Of a stretch of DNA of 64,000 nucleotides, positions 46,861 through 57,211 are shown in pieces. The stretch covers positions 57,412,001 to 57,476,000 of the forward strand of contig NC_083235.1 of assembly GCF_032191835.1 (NCBI RefSeq). Reading direction: 5' to 3'. A program made the translations under genes and the position numbers. Under the pieces are notes generated by a model. That model was not told the DNA's origin, ran no database searches, and worked only from the letters and a program-made list of their open reading frames with translations. Each line of letters opens with the position of its first letter. Within the stretch, counting starts at the first letter, position 1. This DNA comes from Heteronotia binoei. Taxonomy: Eukaryota.

Positions 46861-49800
46861 CCGTTTAAACAAGGACCGTTTCAAGGAAAGGCGTATGATT
46901 GATATTTCAAATATGCCTCTTAAAACAGGCAACGCCGCCAGGTTACAAAGGTAATCTGGGCTGAGCGCAGGTCGTCTTTATAGCCGCGCACTCTACTTGT
47001 GACCTTCCGGCCTTGGGCTGAACTCCCGGGTTGTTGTAAACAAGAGCAGAAAAACTTGCCCGCGCTCTTTTCTCTGGATTTTGAAGGGGAATGTCAGCTC
47101 AAAATCAATCCCACTCAAGAATATAACAAGTTAAGAGAGCTGTTAACATTTCAAATTAAACCTATCAGTTCTGGGGAAGTTTTTAAAGCTTCACCAGATC
47201 AAACTAGGCAATGACTTTAGTGTATCATCTGTTTTTCTGGATTAATTAATCTTTTGCTGAATTAATCAGTGGGAACAAAAACTATGACATTTAAACATAG
47301 GTGCCATGTTCATAATATCAAAGATCAACTTTAAAAATCTTTTAAGGAGCTAAGATTTTTAATGTTGAAATCATTTTGATAGACTCATTTTGAAATTTTC
47401 TTTGGGGAAGGGATCCCTATGATTATAGTCTATTTTTTCTTAGATTAATGAATGAATCCATTAATTCAATCAATCAAGGAGGCTTTTAACTATAGTTTGT
47501 ATCATCACTTCTCTGCTCTTAGTTGCACATTACAGATGGGGGTCAAAATGACTTACTAAAGGTCACATAGTGAGAAGATGAGGTTTGAACAGTAACCTTC
47601 CAGATTACACCACATTCCTCTTAGCTTTTGTTCTCCAGTTTCTAAAAGCCACAAATAAAAAATGTATCAGATCAAACTTCACATAAATCCTAAGTCATAG
47701 CACACTGGGGATATGAGTGGCTCCTACAAAACACCCTCTAACCAGGGACACATTTTATGCTGGGAGGGGGGCTCCTTTATGTTTAGACTAGACATGATTA
47801 TTTCTCAGATGCCCCTGTGCCAGTGGACAATTCAACCGTAATAACTGCTGTTGTAAAATATTGCATGAGGTTATGAACCAGATATGCATGCCAAAGGCAC
47901 AAATATGAAAGATTTGGGTCGATATTATAGTTTTATTAGGTATAAAAATAAAAGCACAACAAATCTCTTAATGAATTCTCAGTCTACCTTTGCATTCATT
48001 CATTCAACAGACCTCGGGGAACTTTCTGAATCTTGTCACTTCACTTAAATCTCCACACTCCCTGCTGCAATCCCCTCCTGCGAAGGCCAGCCAATTGGGA
48101 TTTCTGAAAGGCCTCTTAACAAGTTGTGTGTTGCTTCTGAAAGAAATATGTCTTGGTCCGGCATATGAGTCCTTTTTTGTTTCTGCTAACATGTAAACTC
48201 AAGAGAGTGCAAGCTAACCAATGCAGAGCAGTCTTTTGGATATCCTAAAGGATAGTTAGATGCTTCCCTGTCTATTGCAGTCAATGGGATTTGAAAAGTA
48301 ATTCTGCTCATGGCACTGTAAGTCCCTTGTAATGCTTTCACTCAGGGCCTATAAAACATATATGGGGTTAAGAGGGAATCCTCCTCCTCTAATTGGCCAT
48401 TAAACCCCTCCCCCCAGTAGCATTTTGTAAAAGGTTTGAAGGGAGACACACAAAACCAAGCCAGCTGACCAGTGTTTTAATAGTATTTTTTTATTTCAAG
48501 GCTATGCCATGCATGTGCACACTCCAGAGCTCATTGGGAATAAGTGGCAAAAGGTTGTGTTGACAACTGAGGGAAGAGGAGAGGGAGAAAGATGAACAGG
48601 AGAAAGTTATAGGTTTCTTTCTGATGAAGCAAGGGCTATTTTAGAGATCTTAAAAAAAAAAAAATCAGTGGTCCTTACCCTTCCGGAACTTTAAAGCTAT
48701 TGTATGATACCAATACTGTGATAGGCAAAGGCATAAATAGAATACGTGCTCCAGTCCCTTTCTTTTTTTCTTTTTTTTTTGTGCACAGAAATTATGTCCT
48801 TACTGTTCGATGACAGGAACATTATATAGTTTTGGTTTTTTTAAAGGACTTGATGTGACTCAGCTAAGATCATGTGCTGGTAATCAGAGATCTAGCAGGA
48901 GCCACAGTTTCAGAAACTATGCTGCACCTAGAATAAATATGGCAGTTTAAAACAACCTTAGATTTCTGCTAAGATTTTCTATTTATTATTAACCTAAATG
49001 TTTGCATTGGCATATTGACTATAATGCCACTGCAATGGCAGCCTGACATTTGATGACATTATTATGCTGGTTTGTCAGTTGGTAGCCTCATTGGAAGAAG
49101 CGCTCGTGTGCTGGCTCAGCAAGCTGTAGGATGGGGCTGTGCATGTGTGCATTGCTTCAGTGGTTAATTGACTTGCCCGATGGGTGGTCTTTTCTTAGGC
49201 AGAAATGTCATGAAGTTCAGTGACTCTTACTCCCAAGTTAGCATGCAGAGGACTACAGCCTGAATCTGAGAGATGTCATTTCCAAGCAAGTCAGGAGAAA
49301 GACCAAAGAGAAGAATGTAGTTGACTCCAAGAATTAAGAGACACATTTTTCATGTTGAGAATCTTGCCTAAGACAGAACTTGTTTGAACACTCTAGAACA
49401 GAACACTCACACACATCATGGAGCTTGCAGAATGATGACTAAAAATTCCAGCACATATCATGGGATCTGTGAGTGAAGCTAATTTTACAGTGTCACAAGA
49501 AGTTAATCTAATCCTTGTTTATATGCATAAACAAATGTCCACCAACTTCCATTGAACTTATTTTCTATTGGGAGTTTGCAGCCTTCCTAATGTAATTTCT
49601 TCATGCCTCTGTTACAGGCAGATTACTTTTTAACAACAGTATACTGCTGCTATAATCCTTTGTAAAATTCAAGACATGCAAGCAGGAAGAAGTCTATAAC
49701 TTCCCCAAATAAGGAAAATGAATGTTTTTTTAAATGTAGTACTGAATGTAGTCAGATTTCAAATTCTAATTCAGAATTTAATTTTGTGGTGATAAATCAA

Positions 49801-50351
49801 AATTTAACAAGAAGAGTCTTTTAAACAGATTAGCAGCCTCTCCCTCATCAAAATATGGGAGTGGTGAGTTTTGTCCTGATTTTACTTGATATTCAGCTTT
49901 TGTACAATCAAAAATGTCTTGGGGAAGAGGAGGGGAGGGAGAAGAAAGGAACAAAAGTATATTGAAGCATTCCAAGCAATCCACAGTTAATCAGCCTTGG
50001 GTTTTCTCTTTTAATTATCTCCAGAGGGCCTGAAGCAGTACTCCCAGCCATTCTAAGACTTAGTTCCTCTTCAGAATGGCAGATAGAGCAAAGTCTGATG
50101 CTTTTGGCAAAGTGAAATTCTTATCCCCAAAGAAGCAAAGTTGGGGAGCACATGCCGTAAATCCATTCACCCAGAATGTTATTATTCATTCCAGTTAAAG
50201 CAGCTTTGGGTAATAACTTCTGATTCAGTATTTCTCCTGGGTAAAGTACTTAGGAACAGAACCTTGTTTTAAATACGGGTTGTGTTATCGGTAGCAGTAT
50301 GTTGAAGAGGATCGCAAATATGAAAAAGCATCTATTCCAGGTATATACAGC

Positions 50352-50561
50352 CAGTGCTTTATTTGGGGGGGGGGGGGGTAGAAAAGCCCAGCAGGAACTC
50401 AGTTGCATATTAGGCCACACCCCTGACATCATCATTGTTTCACACAGGGCTTTTTTGTAGAAAAAGCCAAAGAGAAACTCATTTGCATATTATGTCACAC
50501 ACCCCAATGCCAAGCCAGCCGGAACTGCATTCTTGTGCATTCCTGCTCAGAAAAAGCCCTG
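50352..50561. mobile_element. hAT-like MITE (CAGGGCTTTTT TIR, octamer-bearing), internally dimeric
   Basis: CAGTGCTTTATT...AAAAAGCCCTG, TSD TATACAGC/TTTACAGC, an internal second cagggcttttttgtagaaaaagcc unit, and ATTTGCAT at 50481-50488. Confidence 0.85.
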
Positions 50562-50661
50562 TTTACAGCACAAGGCAATTTGGTCATGGCACTGTTATTC
50601 CTGGCCATTTACTGCAAAGTGATACAGTAGGGAACAGTCACACTAGGTATGCATTCTAATC

Positions 50662-51228
50662 CAGGGGCATCAAACATCCAGCCATGGGGATGGAACTAAC
50701 CCATCCTGGGCTCTTATCTGGCCCATGTGAGTAACTGATGATCGTTATTGCCAGATGACAGAGGCTGTGCATTTTGTCCCTGCATAACGTCTCAGTGCTA
50801 ATGAGTAGTGGGCAATGGAAGTGGGAGGATGGGCATCAGGAGACGCTTTAGGGAAATACTATAAGAATGTTAATATTTTAAGCATGTTTGAATTTTGAGT
50901 AAAAACCAATATCATTAATTGGGTTTGCCCAAGTTCTTTATAAGAAGAAGATATTGGATGTATATCCCGCCCTCCACTCCAAAGAGTCTCAGAGTGGCTC
51001 ACAATCTCCTTTACCTTCCTCTCCCACAAGACACCCTGTGAGGTGGGTGGGGCTGGAGAGGGCTCTCACAGCAGCTGCCCTTTCAAGGACAACTTTTGCC
51101 AGAGCTATGGTAAAAAAGTTTATATCTCCAATACCTGGTATTACATTTTATGGCACACATGGGCTGGCCCCACAGAGTGATATTTATGTCAGATCCGGCC
51201 CTCATAACAAAACAGTTTGTCACCTCTG
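50662..51228. mobile_element. Old hAT/Charlie-like non-autonomous element, split by a SINE
   Basis: Ends CAGGGGCATCAAAC...GTTTGTCACCTCTG. Both flanks contain TCTA, but the TSD is poorly preserved. Confidence 0.55.
50943..51110 (-). mobile_element. Squam3-like SINE, 5'-truncated
   Basis: Matches the 3' ~170 bp of 845-1141; the tRNA-related head is missing. Confidence 0.9.
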
Positions 51229-51490
51229 GTCTACGGTGGCTATACCAAGAGCCAGCACTGCCATTAGACAAGGTGAGTTGGCAGGCAACAAACTGGGGGA
51301 TTATTATTATTTGCTTATTAGCATATTTTTATCCAAAGGGGGGAACATTTCAAGTTGTATTTGCTTATCATTTGCTTACAGAATCTATCACATCACAGCT
51401 GCTCTTCCAGAAGCCACACAGCAATCTGCCTCTCACTGAGGAAGTCAAGCACTGGAAAACCAAGATTTTAAAAAAGAAGCTTGGTCACCT

Positions 51491-51797
51491 GTTGTTGTTG
51501 TTGTTGTTCAGTCACACAGTCGAGTCCAACTCTTTGCGACCCCATGGACAAAGTCACGCCAGGCCCTCCTGTCTTCCACCATCCTCCGAAGTCTGCTCAA
51601 ATTCATGTTTGTTACATCAGTAACGTTGTCCAGCCATCTCATCTTTTGCCGTCCCCTTCTTCTTTTGCCATCTGTCTTTCCCAGCATCAGGATCTTCTCC
51701 AGTGAGTGCTCCCTTCTCATTTGGTGGCCAAAGTATTTGAGCTTCAGCTTCAGCATCTGACCTTCCAGGAAACAGTCTGGGTTGATTTCCCTTAGGA
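51491..51797 (-). mobile_element. BovB (RTE clade) LINE 3' end, 5'-truncated
   Basis: LKLKLKYFGHQMRREHSLEKILMLGKTDGKRRRGRQKMRWLD...VHGVAKSWTRLCD, a (CAA)n tail, and a perfect 11-bp TSD CTTGGTCACCT (51480-51490 and 51798-51808). Confidence 0.95.
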
Positions 51798-51879
51798 CTT
51801 GGTCACCTAGACTTCTGTAAATCTTCCCTCCATTCTGTAAGGGAGCCTATACTTTGGATTTTCACCTAGTATTGACTGG

Positions 51880-52070
51880 TTCTCCTATCTGTATACGGTG
51901 GTCATGGACTGCTGCATTTCGTCATCACATGTATAGCACTTTGTGATGTTTTTTACTGCTTTAAATTGTTTTTGAATTGTTTTGTGGTGACTGTGCAGTT
52001 CAGCTCTTGTAAGCTGCCCGGAGCTTGCCTTGGTTGGGAGGAGAGGTATACATTGAATAAACAAACAAAC
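51880..52070 (+). mobile_element. L2-type 3' UTR relic
   Basis: ttttaaattgtttt..ttgtaagctgcccggagc..gggaggagaggtata..aataaacaaacaaac. Confidence 0.5.
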
Positions 52071-55000
52071 ATTCAATTCTCAATCAATGGAGTCTGAAAT
52101 ATTTTCCCCCTGTTCTGGAAAGTCCTTCTGTTGGTGTACTGTAAAATGTACCATTGCAAATCTACAAGATTTAGGGCAGATCCTACCTAGATTTGCCCCA
52201 GGACTTGATGAAAGATTGTGAAAATGGTTGATGCTGCCTGCGGGGTGGTCGCTGATAGAAGTCAAGAAGCATACCTTGGAAGTGGAAGGTTGTGGGGGAG
52301 GGGTTAACTAGTGAGACTAATTGGTGGAGATCTGTGGGGCAAGTAAGCTTTTACAATAGTCAAAGTTGTGTAGAGGAGCTGGGGGAGGAGTTGAGGTGAC
52401 CAGAGACTCAAGGAACGAAGAAAATTGTAGCTATAAGGTGAGCTTTTGAGGAAGAGGGTTGGATTGAAAAGGAGGAAGGCATTCTCCAGCAGTCTGCATA
52501 GTTTAGCAAAGTTCCTCTTGCTGTTAAGACATGGGGGTCAGGGCATAGGAATGGTTTGATGGGTAGCGATTATCAAGCACCAACTTGAAGCTGTTGAAGA
52601 TCAAAACACTGTGTTGGTATGGCTAACAACAGAGCCACCCACTGCCATGGGTTTCAACGCCTGGCTCAGCGTGTTGCACGAGCCACTGTGTGTCTATTCA
52701 ACAGTTAGTCCCACTATGCTCATTCAGCTTTAATCCAAAATAATAATGTATAATCTATTAGACAGCTCCTTGTCAGTGTTTGCTGCCTTCCTAGATGGCT
52801 GGATTTATGGTGTCTGGTGCCATATTGGTACTGGATAGGGGACTGGACAACTCAAAATAGGATAAAAAGAGATGAATTGCCTTCCCTAGCTACTTGCTAC
52901 ACTGCACTGCAGTATCGCAAGACTATAGCACAGTCCAGATCTATGGATGGGAGCCTTAAAGGGCTCTGATGACATACCTCTCCTCTTAAGCTGAACAACA
53001 CTTACTGCTCTCGCTTTTTAGGTCCGTGTTGATAGCCCTTCAGAAAGAAGTTTCCAAAGACTTGAAAACTAAAATTACTGATTCCGCGCCCCCCCCCCCA
53101 TTAAATGCCATCAGCTCTAGTCTTGAAAATAGATAAACATTTTCAATATAAACATTTTTAGTAGGACAGCTGCTTGCTTAAAATTTAGCAAAAAACTTTG
53201 CTTGAATTAGTAATATTAGCTTGGGTGATAGAGACTAAACACACGTTTATACTCATGAGTTGGTTTCTCAGCAATATGCTCCTCATCCAATAAGGAAATA
53301 AAAGCACGCCGTTCCAACAAAGTAATGAGGTTCATCTTGATTTCTCACTTTTTTTTCCCCTTTACTGATTTCCAGGCACTACTAATAAGATCATATTGCA
53401 ATCTTTGGGTTGGGCTGGTTGTATTTATGGCCAACCCAACCCAACCCAAACTATTTGCATTGAAATGAATCTTTAAAGCAGTTAAATATCTCTGTTCAGA
53501 TCCTGTTTGACAAACCTCACCCTCACCTTTGTTTGTTGTTTCTGGGGTGGGGGAGGGGGTTGTAAAGAGTGCAAGTATTGTACTGAGTCAGCATGATAGT
53601 TTACTAATCTCAGTATCATAACTCCAACAGTGGTAAAATCCAGATGCCTGAGGAAGTGTATTAGTGCAGTAATCTTTCCTTTATTGTCTGTACCAGCCCT
53701 GAGAGGGAAGACTTTTTCTCCCACTTGTCCAAGAGTTTCTATCCATTCTCAAGTAAGAACTTGCACAATATGTGACTCAGGAAATCATTGTTGGTTGTAG
53801 CAACTCCCATAAATTTCTAAACAGGGGAAATTTCTCATTGTAAAGAAATGCTCCCCAGAATTTCCACTCAAAATTCACTGTAATTGGATCTGCACTACAG
53901 GGTTGTTGTGAAGAAGCAATCAACCCCTCTCAGGGTTAGTTAATATAGGGGAAAGCGGCTTGTGCTTGACTCACCTTACAAGCAACGTGTAATTTGGCTA
54001 CAAATGCAAATGACAAAAACTGGGGAAGACAAATGATAACAGCTCACAGCTAGAGAATTAAATTTAGGAATACAGAGTCTAAATAACTAAAGGGTAGAGA
54101 ACATTCCTTCTTTTTGAACAGGAAGGGGAGGAATAGCCAGAAGAGGGTGGGGACAGGGAGAAGAAGAACCACAAAGAAGAAATAGTTAATTGCTCTTAAC
54201 TATTCAACCAGTGAAGGACTAAGCCTTTACAAAGAGAGTCTATTTGACCATCTGTCAAAGGACAATGGGAGAAGTCCCAGATCTGAAAAACAAGGTAATG
54301 GAACTTTTCTGAGGTCTTGTACCTCCAAGGTTACAAGTTTAGAACAGGGTTAGAAGGACTGCGTTCATTCACTTTTCTTTTAGTCTTTGCTCAGTTCTGT
54401 TGCATCAAGGAATTATGTGCGTGATTTATTCTTTTATTAAACCATTTGAATTTGAATACTGGAGTCTGGTTTTGGTACCCAAACTATTCTTGATTTAGTC
54501 ACATTTATTAAAGCAAAGGTAAGGGGAAGGGGAAGTTGATCCTTCCTTCCTCAGGAAGAAAAGAATTATTTATTATCATGAATTATTTTTTCCTGAAACA
54601 TTACTGATGCATAAATTAAGTAGTGTGAACTTTGTTGCACGCTTATTCCTTCCACCCAGGGAAAAGGAATTGTGGAGGCCAACTGTTACACTGAAGAATG
54701 GTTTTTTGCTGACATTACCTGTGCTTCATCTTGCTGCATTCTCACCACATTTAAGAACTAATCTCGTTCCTCCCTGCCTTGTCTTTGGCTCAACATTACA
54801 TACTCCTCACAGACTTTTCCACCAATAATTGTTTTCTTCATTTTGAGTAGACGTGAAGTGAGGGGGGTTTTTTTACATCATGATTGAGCATCTTGGATTA
54901 AACAAACCTGTGAACACAACAGAATGGCCAGCAGCACAAAAAGTTGGTTTGCATCTGTATGTGTATTGCCTATGAACAATAAGTCTATCCTTGGCTGGCA

Positions 55001-55690
55001 TCACAACACGCCCATCTGCAATGCTCAAATGTGTATGTGGGATCTCATTGGGGGATACAGCACTAGAGGCTGTGGGGTAGATTTATCCTGATAAAGCCAT
55101 CATCTCAAGAAAGTTGAACACTAACTACTTGGAAGCCCAGAGAGGTCCCCCTATTGATTAGCCCTTGGTTCACAAAGGGTTCAGGCTCTCACTCTGTTTC
55201 TAGCACTGTGGATGCTGCCTCCTTGTGCCTCCCAAAGTAGCTCCCCTTTAGCAGATGCATTACAGAAATACTATCTTGTTTACTTGATAGGAAAACAACC
55301 CTGAATGTAAGATGCCCCCCAAGTGTTGTACACAAAGCATTTTTCATTACTGAAATATTTGTTACTTGTATGTCATTGCAAGACAATCCCTTCATTTTTT
55401 CAAGGCATACCTCGGGGAAAGCATAGTCTTCTTTTTGGGAAATACAGTACAGACTTGCACCCAAGTACTTACTGCATCATTCGGACAATGGTGTTGCATT
55501 CCAGAATCTTTTTGCTGTTCATGTGGCTCAGGAGCTACAAACTTGAAACAAAGCAAGGTTCTGGAGTCCTGTTTATCATATATTATGGATATCTTAGAAG
55601 TCAGATTGGCATCTATTTGACAGTCAGCCAAAATCTTGACCTCATCACAAGTTGTGAAATATTCAAACCTGTGGCTTGGATTGAACATAT

Positions 55691-56181
55691 TGTTTCCACA
55701 GATGGAATGATTTCCACTCATGGAGTGTGAAATTCTCATTTCCCCCTTCCTCCAAAATCCCAAACACCCCTGAAATTCTGTTTTGGGGGTCCCCTGCCCC
55801 CAGAGGCAGTACTTGGAAGAAGAAGATATTGGATTTATATCCCGCCCTCCACTCCGAAGAGTCTCAGAGCGGCTCACAATCTCCTTTACCTTCCTCCCCC
55901 ACAACAGACACCCTGTGAGGTGGGTGGGGCTGGAGAGGGCTCTCACAGCAGCTGCCCTTTCAAGGACAACCTCTGCCAGAGCTATGGCTGACCCAAGGCT
56001 ATGCTAGCAGGTGCAAGTGGAGGAGTGGGGAATCAAACCCGGTTCTCCCAGATAAGAGTCCGCATACTTAACCACTACACCAAACTGGCTTTCTTACTTG
56101 GGGGCAATTTGGGCTGTATCAAGAGGGGGCAGGTGAGAAAGTCATACTCTGCCAGTGGAAATAGTTCCATCTGTGGAAACA
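55691..56181. mobile_element. MITE with ~47-bp imperfect TIRs, split by a young SINE
   Basis: tgtttccacagatggaatgatttccact...agtggaaatagttccatctgtggaaaca. Confidence 0.7.
55817..56094 (-). mobile_element. Squam3-like SINE, full length and young
   Basis: Intact A and B boxes, a (CTT)n tail, and a 7-bp TSD TACTTGG (55810-55816 and 56095-56101). Confidence 0.92.
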
Positions 56182-56520
56182 CTCTGGTGGGCTCATGTCT
56201 TTGTTTCTAAATTTGAAATTGATTGACCTGTGTAAATCCTTTCTATGTCCTGTTCATAAAGTGCTTTTCTGGACAGATGTTTTAATGTCACTCTTGTTCA
56301 ACCCAACAACATTACAACAGCAAAATATCCCACTCTGAAACAAATGCATGGCTAATAATGGAGAAAGGAACTGTAGGGCCAACAAAACAGAAACTTTAAC
56401 CACATGACTGTTTGACATGAGCTCAGTCTTTGGCTAGTCTCCATGCAGCCATTAGATCCAGTATCTTGACTGGTTCCACTCCTTTATAGCTGAGTGGCCA
56501 AAGGACATTATGATTTGAAT

Positions 56521-57211
56521 TGTTATATGTGTTCCTTTAATTGTTAAGTTGCAGTAAAAGAAGATGAAGGAGTGGAAACGAGTGAGTGAGATGATTGGTC
56601 GGTGACTGAAAGAGTGTGGCCAAAGCTAAGAAATGTGTGTGTGGAGAGAGAGAGAGAAAGAGAGAGAGGTCAGCAGTAATCTCTCAGCAGAATGACAGCC
56701 GTTAACAGTCAGTTGTGGTCAGTCAATACTAGTCTACAGAGTCTGAGAAGCAGTCTTCTGATTAGAATTCCATATTAGTGCTGTGAAAGCCATTAAGATT
56801 CTAGGGGGGGGGGGAAAGTAGAATACTTTAGAGGATATATTAGGTGCTAGATAGAGAGCGAAAACCTAATATTGTCAGAGTATTATACGAGTGTGAGACA
56901 AGCTGTCAGCAAGCTAAGTTAGGAAGAGAAAGGAGGATTTGAGAGGAGTATGTGAAGTGAAAGAGTGACACCTCAATCAGAAGTTGTTATTATTAACTGA
57001 AGAATTAAACCATAAACTTCATGGAAAAAATATGCTTATTGTACAAAGTTTTATTTTGTTTTATATTAACCTGGAGCCATATGATTTGAAAATATAAGAG
57101 TCTCATCCTTAAGGCCACATAATCTAACGAAGAAGTCTTAGAGCTTGGACACAAATCAGTGCGAACATTAAATAAAGTGTTTGGAATTAAATTCCTGGTG
57201 GCAGCATTACA
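56521..57211 (+). mobile_element. LTR-like sequence (probably Gypsy)
   Basis: TGTTAT...ATTACA termini, an AG-rich body, AATAAA near the right end, and TGGTGGCAGC at 57196-57205. No TSD found. Confidence 0.55.

Noticed and set aside
53404-53450. Short (TTGGG)/(CCCAA) inverted repeat
   Set aside because: A low-complexity pentamer microsatellite; it is not telomeric TTAGGG and there is no evidence of function.
53960-53969. TTGTGCTTGA, the first 10 nt of miR-218
   Set aside because: The remainder does not match the mature miRNA and I see no precursor hairpin. I also noticed no match to miR-9, miR-124 or miR-137 in the CpG block.
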